Of a stretch of 64,000 nt of DNA, positions 20,920-29,016 are shown one piece after another. This DNA is from an uncultured Candidatus Saccharimonadales bacterium. Lineage in GTDB: Bacteria; Patescibacteriota; Saccharimonadia; UBA4664. The DNA lies in the NCBI GenBank assembly GCA_964467655.1, contig CAYXSN010000002.1:27327-91326 (forward strand), given 5' to 3'. Under the pieces are notes generated by a model, which saw nothing but the letters and a program-made list of their open reading frames with translations, did no database searches and had not been told where the DNA came from. Both the position numbers and the translations under genes were made by a program. Within the stretch, counting starts at the first letter, position 1, and each line of letters starts with the position of its first letter.

Positions 20920-20959
20920 AGTTACTGGACATTAGCTGTATACCGCTTAAGATAGGGGC

Positions 20960-21331
20960 ATGAAGAAACCCAACTCATGGCTTGCGCTCTGCCGCCGCCT
21001 CGGAACACCGCCAAATGGCTTCCAACTTGCCTGGAGCCGTCATGTCGTGTTTAACGATGACCTGATCTGGTTTGCGAATTGTCTCTGGGGGCTATTTGAT
21101 ATCAATTTGTCCGAGGGCAAGAACGAAATGGTGCTGCGCGATATGGTCGCCAGCCACGGCAAAGTTCGAACTGCTCAGTTTTTTGTTTGGTGGCGCGATA
21201 ATCTAGGTGATCGCACAAGTCTTGAGCAAATGCAGGGTTCCGGCTTTATCGAGCATTTCGACGGCCGAGACGCATTAACGCTTGATTCCGATGAAGAACT
21301 GGCCAACATTCTGGCCTCGCACGGAATGTAG
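20960..21331 (+). CDS. hypothetical protein
   Basis: 123 aa; no motif. Confidence 0.35.
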   Translation: MKKPNSWLALCRRLGTPPNGFQLAWSRHVVFNDDLIWFANCLWGLFDINLSEGKNEMVLRDMVASHGKVRTAQFFVWWRDNLGDRTSLEQMQGSGFIEHFDGRDALTLDSDEELANILASHGM

Positions 21332-21359
21332 GTTTATGGCTATTAGCCAACAGATATAA

Positions 21360-21640
21360 ACGCGTTGATTTGAACCTAATTTGAGCGTAAGCTTGATATA
21401 AGACTTCCGAAGACCTATAACATCTCGGAGTCAGATCATTACTACTAAATATCTGACATCGCAGCGGGTACGTACCGCTTTATAAATCGGCTTGGAGTAA
21501 CAGACACAAGTAAAAACTGGCAGGTGTCGCTGACTTGAGAGAACTAATGTTCGAAGCTATAATGGAATAGTTATAGGTCTTCGGACAAAAGTCGTCTCAA
21601 TGAGGCGGCTTTTTCGTTTAGCCGCCTCGGAAGGAAATCC
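21360..21640. promoter_or_regulatory. AT-rich intergenic control region with multiple dyad symmetries
   Basis: 14-bp perfect inverted repeat CCGAAGACCTATAA (21407) / TTATAGGTCTTCGG (21575). Internal hairpin gtcagat...atctgac. Palindrome GGTACGTACC. Confidence 0.3.
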
Positions 21641-21645
21641 GAGCA

Positions 21646-22560
21646 ATGTCCGACACGACCAACAGCCTGGCGAGTTTCACGCCAGTCACTATCACTGCCG
21701 AAACAATCGGCATTCTGCGCCAGCAAAAACACTTCGCCGACCTGTTGGCGCTCTATATGGCCTACGCAGAAGTCTCCGTATGGCAGAAGACTACCACCGT
21801 AAGATCTACAACTGGATTCATGGCGGATCGTATGGGCTGGGAGGAGAAGAAGCTCCGCAGCCGGAAGGCTGAGCTGCGTGAGTTAGGCCTGATTAAAGAC
21901 GTCACTCGCTATGACGATAAGCGTCGCGCGACTGGCTGGTACGTCCAAGTGAACTATGTCGTTAATCCCGAGAATATCCACCCCTCCGATTTTGGTGTGG
22001 GTGGAAATAGCCACAGGGTGGAATCTCCTACCCCAAGTGCTGTTAATACAAGTTTAAGTACTGTTGATTCAAAGCTAAGTACTGAACCTTCAGATAAATC
22101 TGAAGTATTACCTAAAGTAACCTCGCCAATCGCTGCGCGATCTGTCGAGGACACTCATTGGAATGATGGTGACGATATCTTTGAGCTTCGCCCTAATGAC
22201 GTCGCATATGCGCAGCGCACTCTTGAACGGATTTTCGGATTCGGGATCATCGAGGCGGATTCGGATATCGCTTTGCTCCGCACCTTAGTGGCCAGACATG
22301 GGCGCAAGGCAGTATTGGCAGGGTTCCGTGCCGTCAGGAAAGATGGAGCCGAATTTGACCTGTCCGCGTTCGTAGGCGAATGCGATAGAGATTGTGGGCA
22401 AGGCGGTAATGGTGAGGGGTGTTTCTTCACTGACACGCAGGGGAGCAGCAATGGTGACGAAGCATGGGCGATGGAAGCGGCTGCGGAGATATTGGCCGAG
22501 CTTGATGCCAATAAGGGGGCGCGGCACGTAAGTGCAGGCGTACAGGCTAATGTGTATTGA
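21646..22560 (+). CDS. hypothetical protein, possible replication/DNA-binding function (winged-helix-like N-terminus)
   Basis: 304 aa; conserved-looking N-terminal 120 aa, then a low-complexity Ser/Thr linker and an acidic C-terminus. Function inferred only from position after the control region. Confidence 0.3.
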   Translation: MSDTTNSLASFTPVTITAETIGILRQQKHFADLLALYMAYAEVSVWQKTTTVRSTTGFMADRMGWEEKKLRSRKAELRELGLIKDVTRYDDKRRATGWYVQVNYVVNPENIHPSDFGVGGNSHRVESPTPSAVNTSLSTVDSKLSTEPSDKSEVLPKVTSPIAARSVEDTHWNDGDDIFELRPNDVAYAQRTLERIFGFGIIEADSDIALLRTLVARHGRKAVLAGFRAVRKDGAEFDLSAFVGECDRDCGQGGNGEGCFFTDTQGSSNGDEAWAMEAAAEILAELDANKGARHVSAGVQANVY

Positions 22561-22639
22561 GGCGACGTTCCATCCGAGTAATCTTCTAATTTTATATCTG
22601 GTGCTACAATCCGCTTAAGATTGTTTGTGAGGTTAAACA

Positions 22640-23119
22640 ATGGCGAGTCGAAACTCGACTAATACACGTGATCTAGCGTCATTCTCCGTACTTAATGGCC
22701 CGGATAGATTAGCGGTAATGCTAAAAGCCGAAGGCAAAAGCGCCGAGCAAATCGCTACGGGCATATATTCCGAATTTGGCACCACACGTTCGAAACGGAC
22801 AGTTCAAGAATGGTTTATACCTGGCGGGCGGCTCGAACAGGCCTATCTCGAGTGGTCAGAAGTTTTGGCCAGCGAGAGTGTGCGTGATGCTCAAATTCTG
22901 GCGCGCCGTGCTGCTCGGGGTGCGGTCGGTAAGCTGATCTCATTGTCCGAGCGAGCTGATGACGCAATAGCTTTACGCGCTGCTACGGCTCTCGCAGCTA
23001 AGTACCTCGCCCCCGGCAAGTCAGGTGGCGGCTTCGAGGAAGAAGAATTGCCTCCGCAGCTTGAAGACGATGTGCTGATTTCGATTGATTTTGAGCTTGG
23101 AAAGATGCGGGGTGAGTAG
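22640..23119 (+). CDS. putative HTH DNA-binding protein (small-terminase-like or regulator)
   Basis: N-terminal helix-turn-helix-like KSAEQIATGIYSEF...RTVQEW; 159 aa. Confidence 0.3.
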   Translation: MASRNSTNTRDLASFSVLNGPDRLAVMLKAEGKSAEQIATGIYSEFGTTRSKRTVQEWFIPGGRLEQAYLEWSEVLASESVRDAQILARRAARGAVGKLISLSERADDAIALRAATALAAKYLAPGKSGGGFEEEELPPQLEDDVLISIDFELGKMRGE

Positions 23120-23263
23120 TGACCACAGAGGAACAGCTGCGACGATGCTTACCGATGCACGAGATTCTCTGCCCAATTTTTCGCGGCAAGGAGTGTGATT
23201 GTGGCCGGGAGCAATTACGGGCGAACATTTTGAAGCTGATTAAGGACGTGAGAAAAGAAGAAC

Positions 23264-23536
23264 GTGGACGATATTATTCATGACGAAGATGAAAAGGGTT
23301 TAGATTTAGGCCCAGAGTTCGAGGTTGAGGTTAGTGACGAACCGAAAACCAAAGATCTGACCTGGAGCGAAATGGGTACGGCGATGTTCAACCCAAATAC
23401 CCGCCAGAAGAAGGCTCCGCCCGAAGATTTCAGCATGCCAAAGCCGGGGGTATTCGGCTCCCCATTCAGGCCAAGCATCGGGCCAAATGGTGAGCTGATC
23501 CCAGCTATCGTCCCCTTAGAAGGGAAGAAGCGATGA
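23264..23536 (+). CDS. hypothetical protein
   Basis: 90 aa, acidic N-terminus. Confidence 0.3.
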   Translation: MDDIIHDEDEKGLDLGPEFEVEVSDEPKTKDLTWSEMGTAMFNPNTRQKKAPPEDFSMPKPGVFGSPFRPSIGPNGELIPAIVPLEGKKR

Positions 23537-23904
23537 AGGCCATTCCGCAGTTCACGCCGCGCAAAGCTGACGACTATACACCTCTCTGGGGCGAGTGCCG
23601 TATTGTAGGTTTTTGCTTGCCGGATTGCGGATTATGCGCCTCAATAGCGGAGAGCTATTCGTTAAGCCAGAAAGCGGTTCAACAGACGGAGCCTCGGAAG
23701 TTTTCGCAGTTGCGTCCTGATCAGCAATTAACCATTCGTATGTTTCATGACGGCTGCGCATACGATGAGATATCTGCAGCGCTTGCCGAAATCGGGGTCG
23801 CCAGATCCCGGCGCGGAATCCAACTTATGATGAGCAATCCATTCGTCAAACATGCATTAGCCGAGTACAAAGCCACAAATGAGACCCCCGGAGTTACTAA
23901 ATAG
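23533..23904 (+). CDS. hypothetical protein with C-terminal sigma-region-4/LuxR-like HTH
   Basis: LTIRMFHDGCAYDEISAALAEIGVARSRRGIQ resembles region-4-type HTH. Start overlaps the upstream stop (ATGA). Confidence 0.3.
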   Translation: MKAIPQFTPRKADDYTPLWGECRIVGFCLPDCGLCASIAESYSLSQKAVQQTEPRKFSQLRPDQQLTIRMFHDGCAYDEISAALAEIGVARSRRGIQLMMSNPFVKHALAEYKATNETPGVTK

Positions 23905-24096
23905 TTACTCTGTAACAATATACTTGATACGTCAAGCATTACCAGATATAGTGGACTCAGATTAAGGGGGAGACTCTCATGACACAGCCAGGACTAGAAC
24001 TTCTGATTCGGAAGCTATCGAATGATGTTGAGCAATTGCAGCTCGGATTAAAAATGCTTAACGAGCATCTAGCTGAGTTGATGGTGGAGGCGGATC

Positions 24097-24738
24097 GTGG
24101 TTAGCCCTACCGTTTTCGAACCAAGCGATGACTTTCAGGCAAAGCGTCAAAACGACCGCGACCGCGCCCAAGACGACCGCCTACGCGAAGAGTCAGGCAA
24201 AGTCCAGTTGCCGCGTTATAACGGGCTGCCATTCGATGCCACCGAGCTACCGACCGAAGTTAATGGCATGCGTGTCGAGGTTACCGACAAACCTGAGCTG
24301 ACTGTGAAGGCGTTTTATCGTTCGCAACTTCGTGATCCTGAATTTTACCGAGCCAATAAGCCAGCGATTCTGGAGGCTCAGCGCCACAATCTGATCATCG
24401 ATGATGTCACTGACCCAAAGGTGGCAGAAGCGCTCAAAGCTCAGCGTAAAGAAGCCGAGAACGCGCTCAGCGCCAGCAACGAAGCCATCATGCTGCCAAT
24501 CGCCTTGCGCGACGCTCGGGCCGAAGCCGACAAGCTGTATGTAGCGTACAAGGCAGCCGAAGCCGAGAACCAACGTTATCTGTCCACGCATGGAATCATG
24601 GGTGACGATGAGGTGCGCCGGGCAACTGCTCGCGTCGTCTTCAAAGCCAAAGAAGATTGGGAGGCTGCATCGGCTCGCATCCAGGAGCTGGTTCAGAAGA
24701 ACAACGAAATGTGTCAGCGTCGGGCGCAAGGTAAATAG
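24097..24738 (+). CDS. hypothetical coiled-coil protein
   Basis: 213 aa, charged heptad-rich C-terminal half. Confidence 0.35.
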   Translation: MVSPTVFEPSDDFQAKRQNDRDRAQDDRLREESGKVQLPRYNGLPFDATELPTEVNGMRVEVTDKPELTVKAFYRSQLRDPEFYRANKPAILEAQRHNLIIDDVTDPKVAEALKAQRKEAENALSASNEAIMLPIALRDARAEADKLYVAYKAAEAENQRYLSTHGIMGDDEVRRATARVVFKAKEDWEAASARIQELVQKNNEMCQRRAQGK

Positions 24739-24747
24739 GAGTCCATC

Positions 24748-24945
24748 ATGCCCGCTACGAATAATCAAACAATAATCTTGCAAATTAACCTTGACGCTGC
24801 AAATAGCGGGAAGGCTCTGCTAAGCCGAGACACTGAAGGCTTTACTCGTATAGTTGAACTCATCAAGGAAGGTTACGAGATTGATTACATTATCAGCGAT
24901 GGCTTCAGCTCAATAGCCGTATCTGTAATTCGCGAGTCGAACTAG
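24748..24945 (+). CDS. small hypothetical protein
   Basis: 65 aa. Confidence 0.25.
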   Translation: MPATNNQTIILQINLDAANSGKALLSRDTEGFTRIVELIKEGYEIDYIISDGFSSIAVSVIRESN

Positions 24946-25099
24946 CCGCTCCCCGGCGGCTTCGGACGGCTGTAACCCCCTTATGGCTGTCCGAAGCTGC
25001 TTAGGCAGCAACCCCCTCCTTACACGCATGGGTTTACGGTCCCCATGCGTTCTATCCCGGCCGGAAGCGGTCGGGGCGCAATTATTAGAGAAATATCAA

Positions 25100-25900
25100 A
25101 TGCCAGCAAACAACCCACCAGCAGATTTTCCAACTTCGCTACATGAGCGCACAAATGTTGTCGCCTTTAACGGTACGCCACTAGGCGATTCAACCCCAAC
25201 ACAGACCGATATCATGGGTAAAGTTGAAGAAGAGATTTACCAAATCCAGCGCAAGATTGGGATCGGTGAATCGTCTGCGGAATCTGCTCTTGCTGGCGAA
25301 ATTTGGACTGCTGATGGTCTTGGCGGCTCTAGCTGGCAAGCTCCTGGCGCTCCCGGCGACATTGATGCCGGTATCTTGGAAGCTCTAACCGAGAAAGTCG
25401 GTGGCGGCACACCAACAACGCCTAACGCTGGCGAGTTCCTGGTTGGCACCGACACCGGCGAGTCGGCCTGGCGCGCAGCAACATCGGCCGATGTCGGCCT
25501 TGATCAGGTGGACAATACCGCCGACGCCGATAAGCCCATTAGTGACGCCACGCAAACCGCCCTCGACGGCAAAGAGGATGTCGCAACCCCCGTAACCCTG
25601 ACCGATGCCGCCACAATCGCCGTAAACGCCGCACTCGGCCGTGAATTCCGAGTGACGCTCACAGCCTCCCGCACGATGGGCAATCCATCCAATCTTGTTG
25701 ACGGCCAGCGCCTCTTATTCCGCATTGAGCAAGGCGGTTCAGGCTCATACACGGTCACATGGTCGAGCAAATACCGCTTCAGCACCGATGTCCCATCGCC
25801 GACACTTTCAACGACGGTCGGGGCCGCTGACTTTGTATTCTTCAACTACAACGCCGGTGACGACAAGCTCGACTGCTTGGGCTGGGCGCGGGGCTACTAA
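25100..25900 (+). CDS. putative tail fibre / receptor-binding protein
   Basis: GLDQVDNTADADKPISDATQTALDGK motif, which I recall from prophage tail-fibre proteins of Gram-positive hosts (from memory, not checked). Immediately precedes the Gly-rich fibre gene. True start probably the internal Met (ORF opens at 24983). Confidence 0.4.
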   Translation: MPANNPPADFPTSLHERTNVVAFNGTPLGDSTPTQTDIMGKVEEEIYQIQRKIGIGESSAESALAGEIWTADGLGGSSWQAPGAPGDIDAGILEALTEKVGGGTPTTPNAGEFLVGTDTGESAWRAATSADVGLDQVDNTADADKPISDATQTALDGKEDVATPVTLTDAATIAVNAALGREFRVTLTASRTMGNPSNLVDGQRLLFRIEQGGSGSYTVTWSSKYRFSTDVPSPTLSTTVGAADFVFFNYNAGDDKLDCLGWARGY

Positions 25901-26583
25901 TGCCAACCGATACCTTCACAGCTTCCGGCTCATGGGTTTGCCCGGCTAGCGTCGTAAGCGTTGATGTTGAGTGCTGGGGCGCAGGAGGTGGCGGCGGCGG
26001 AGCTTTATACGATGGCATTAACGGCCACGGCGGTGGTGGAGGTGGCGGTGGCGCTTATAGCAAGAAAACCCAAATCGCCGTCACTCCCGGCAGTTCGTAT
26101 ACCGTAACAGTCGGCACCGGCGGTTCTGCTGGCGCCAGTGGCGGTGGCTCTGGAACCGCTGGCGGTGATTCGTCATTTATAAACTCATCGACCGTCATGG
26201 CTAAAGGCGGATCGCCGGGTGGCACCAGCGGCAAAGGTACGGGCGGCGCTGCCGCTTCAGGTGTTGGAAGCATCAAGTTCTCTGGTGGTGATGGTGGTAA
26301 CGGCCAGCCAAACGCAGCGGGCATTGGCGGCGGGGGAGGCGGCGGAGCCGGAACAACGGCCGCAGGCGGCAATGGCTCCAGCGCAACGGCCGGAACCGGA
26401 GGCAGCGTCGGCGGCGGGAATGGTGGTACTGGCGGCTCATCAACGGGTTCGGCGGGCAATACAATCGGCGGTGGCGCGTCAGGTGGTGGAGCTAGTGGCG
26501 GCAACTCTGCCGGTGGTGTCGGCGCTCGTGGTGAGGTTCGGATATCGTACATTCGCGTGTCGTCACTCGTCGGCCTGTTTTAG
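25900..26583 (+). CDS. glycine-rich domain protein (phage tail-fibre associated)
   Basis: N-terminus FTASGSWVCPASVVSVDVECWGAGGGGGG is the signature start of the glycine-rich-domain family seen in phage fibres; long GGxGG tracts. Confidence 0.55.
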   Translation: MPTDTFTASGSWVCPASVVSVDVECWGAGGGGGGALYDGINGHGGGGGGGGAYSKKTQIAVTPGSSYTVTVGTGGSAGASGGGSGTAGGDSSFINSSTVMAKGGSPGGTSGKGTGGAAASGVGSIKFSGGDGGNGQPNAAGIGGGGGGGAGTTAAGGNGSSATAGTGGSVGGGNGGTGGSSTGSAGNTIGGGASGGGASGGNSAGGVGARGEVRISYIRVSSLVGLF

Positions 26584-26831
26584 TCGCAAAATCATCTTGC
26601 TTAACGCCCAAAACCTTACGGAACTGGGCGTTTTTGCGTTTGGCTGAAAATAAAGGCTTGGCAGCGCTAACGTCGCAAGCCATATAATGTGCGACTGATT
26701 GCGTCGAATACTGCACTTTTTCGCTTCACGAGGTCATAAAGTTGCAATGAGAGTTACTTTTATGTTATAAACTTATTTCACGCAATCCCGCGTGAGAAGT
26801 ACCTCACATCTCGACCAGGACGGATCTATTC

Positions 26832-27479
26832 ATGCCGCGCGACCACGAGCTTGACCGGCTCCGCACCGAAATGAACGGTGCATGGGATGCCATGAAGTAC
26901 GCCGAGCAGCAGATGAACGATGCATGGGAGGAGCTTCAGCGGCTTCAAGACCGCTACGGCCCCCAGATCGACAGTCTCAAGGCAGAACACCAGCGGTTGT
27001 ACGACCGCACCCAAGACCTGTCACGAGACATCGACAGCGCGTTCAACTACGGCAACCGCGACGAAGGCTTCCGCCTCATCGAAGAGGTCAAGGAAGTCCG
27101 TGCGGAGATGGCCGACCTGCCTCCTCAGTGGCGGAGCATGATCGACGAGATCAACCCCGCCAGAGAGCGCTGGTCGTACGCCCGCGACATCTACAAGGAC
27201 AAGAAGCACGAGCATCGCCTCGCAAAGGAGCGATTCGACGACCGTAAGGCCGAACTCGAAGGCGCTCGGCGCGATTCCGCCATCCGTGCCGGTGTTCCGG
27301 CGCACTACGGCGACGAGGTGAAGGTCGTGAACGAGCCTGGCGGCAACACCAGCGTCTACTTCGGAGGCGTTGGCAAGCCGGACGGCCCCGGCCATGCCCA
27401 CTACGTTGTCGACCAGTTCGGCAATCTGACCTGGCGGCGTGAGCCGTTCGAGGATCGCGGGCCGCACAACGCTCGCTGA
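26832..27479 (+). CDS. hypothetical protein (high-GC moron)
   Basis: 215 aa; coiled-coil N-terminus; C-terminus VYFGGVGKPDGPGHAHYVVDQFGNLTW. GC well above the rest of the element. Confidence 0.4.
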   Translation: MPRDHELDRLRTEMNGAWDAMKYAEQQMNDAWEELQRLQDRYGPQIDSLKAEHQRLYDRTQDLSRDIDSAFNYGNRDEGFRLIEEVKEVRAEMADLPPQWRSMIDEINPARERWSYARDIYKDKKHEHRLAKERFDDRKAELEGARRDSAIRAGVPAHYGDEVKVVNEPGGNTSVYFGGVGKPDGPGHAHYVVDQFGNLTWRREPFEDRGPHNAR

Positions 27480-27554
27480 GTTCAACCTGTTCATGTTGCG
27501 GGGGCTGGCATTCGCTGGCCCTCGCAACGACACGGATTTATTATTAGAAGTATT

Positions 27555-27911
27555 ATGGCAACCAACCGACATCAGGCGAATCTACCTATCCGACCAGAGC
27601 TTCAGGGCATTTTAGACGCGCCTAAAGCAGACAAGCCGCGCTTGTTCTTTGAATACTGCCGTAAAGTGATCAAAGACAAAAATAGGGGCGAAATCACGCT
27701 TGAAGATGCTGGCTATCAAATTGCTGGTGCTATGTTCATTCATGAACTCGATGAGCCATTGTTCGAGGAAATTACCCTGCTTGCTGGTAGACTAGAGCTG
27801 CCGAGTCATGTACTGGGTACCGATCCCACTACCGAGTGGAAGCAACTTGTCGCCCTAGTTGAAGAGTACGGGGCAATGGTCAGATCAAACAAACCTGACA
27901 GCTCAAGCTGA
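27555..27911 (+). CDS. hypothetical protein
   Basis: 118 aa. Confidence 0.3.
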   Translation: MATNRHQANLPIRPELQGILDAPKADKPRLFFEYCRKVIKDKNRGEITLEDAGYQIAGAMFIHELDEPLFEEITLLAGRLELPSHVLGTDPTTEWKQLVALVEEYGAMVRSNKPDSSS

Positions 27912-27951
27912 CCGAAGCACCAGCCATCGTCGAGTCTCTCGGAGGTATAAA

Positions 27952-28329
27952 ATGCCGAGCAACACGCCCTTGTCTACCGAGACGATGACCGCCGGTCATC
28001 GTCTCTACCAAGTGCTGTATGGCCCAGTCAGCGAAGGGGTGAGGCTGACCATCGCTCAAGTTCAAGCGGAGATCGACCTGCTGACATCTCAGGAAATTCC
28101 GAGGCGTGACCTCATCCGTGCGGCAATGGCACAGGCCGACTATCGCTTCCGTGAGGCCTATGACGACGAGAGGTCGCAAACGGCCGAGGACGCCATTGCG
28201 GAGCCTGCGGGCCGGATGAATGCCAACGCCGATGTGGTGAGCCTACTTCAGGACACCCAAATCGAATACTGGAATGTCCAGGCCGCACAATGGGATGCCG
28301 AAGACGCACTTCGCGCGGCTTCCCTGTAG
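27952..28329 (+). CDS. hypothetical protein
   Basis: GGAGG RBS before the ATG at 27952; 125 aa. Confidence 0.3.
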   Translation: MPSNTPLSTETMTAGHRLYQVLYGPVSEGVRLTIAQVQAEIDLLTSQEIPRRDLIRAAMAQADYRFREAYDDERSQTAEDAIAEPAGRMNANADVVSLLQDTQIEYWNVQAAQWDAEDALRAASL

Positions 28330-28533
28330 TACCCGCCCCCGGTTGGCCACGTGCTTGACCGGGGGCAAGCCATATCTGGTTTTAATTACACCTGTGCGGA
28401 AATTATCCGTAATAGCCACGCTGCGCCAGCCGCTGAAGAAGTTTTGGAAATAACTCCACCACGGTGCCGCATCCCGCACATTGATAGCACCGGCGGCCTG
28501 TCACTACACGAGCTAGCTGGCCGGACGCATCGA

Positions 28534-29004
28534 TTAATCAATCGTAATCCCATGAGTGATAGTGAGCGTGTCGTTGCTAGTCTTGGTTCGAGAGATATTG
28601 AGCCTAGCGTACAACGTACCCGAGTCCACAACAGCATCTGCGCTATCGCCAAACAATCCGATTTCTCGCAGGACACCATTGGCTTCAGTCTGGTTGAAGA
28701 AGGTTTTGAATGAGGCCGTCTTGCCGGAGGAGCTACGAATAGAGACCTGTTTGCGGGCAATCTCGGTTTGAAGCTTTACGTCGCCCGCCGTTGGACTGGC
28801 TGAGCCAGTGCCGACCGCAGCAAAGGTAATAACGCCCCGACCGTTTTGTAGATTGCCGCGCAAGGCATCCGCAATAGCGGCCCTTCCGGAGTCCACGACC
28901 AAATTGCTGATCACATCGCGGCTTTTGAGTTTGCCGGTCAGCGCATCGTGAATTTCGACAATTACTTTGCCATAAACATTTACATGTTCGTTTGCGTGAG
29001 TCAT
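28534..29004 (-). CDS. phage tail component (downstream of tape-measure)
   Basis: 156 aa beta-rich protein immediately following the TMP gene, in a distal-tail-like position. Confidence 0.35.
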   Translation of the reverse strand: MTHANEHVNVYGKVIVEIHDALTGKLKSRDVISNLVVDSGRAAIADALRGNLQNGRGVITFAAVGTGSASPTAGDVKLQTEIARKQVSIRSSSGKTASFKTFFNQTEANGVLREIGLFGDSADAVVDSGTLYARLNISRTKTSNDTLTITHGITID

Positions 29005-29016
29005 TAGCGTATCCCC

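Noticed and set aside
26055-26552. 165-aa Pro-rich ORF (PPPPP tracts) on minus strand
   Set aside because: It is the antisense of the GGN-repeat glycine-rich fibre gene (GGN gives NCC, which is Pro). Artefact of low-complexity sequence.
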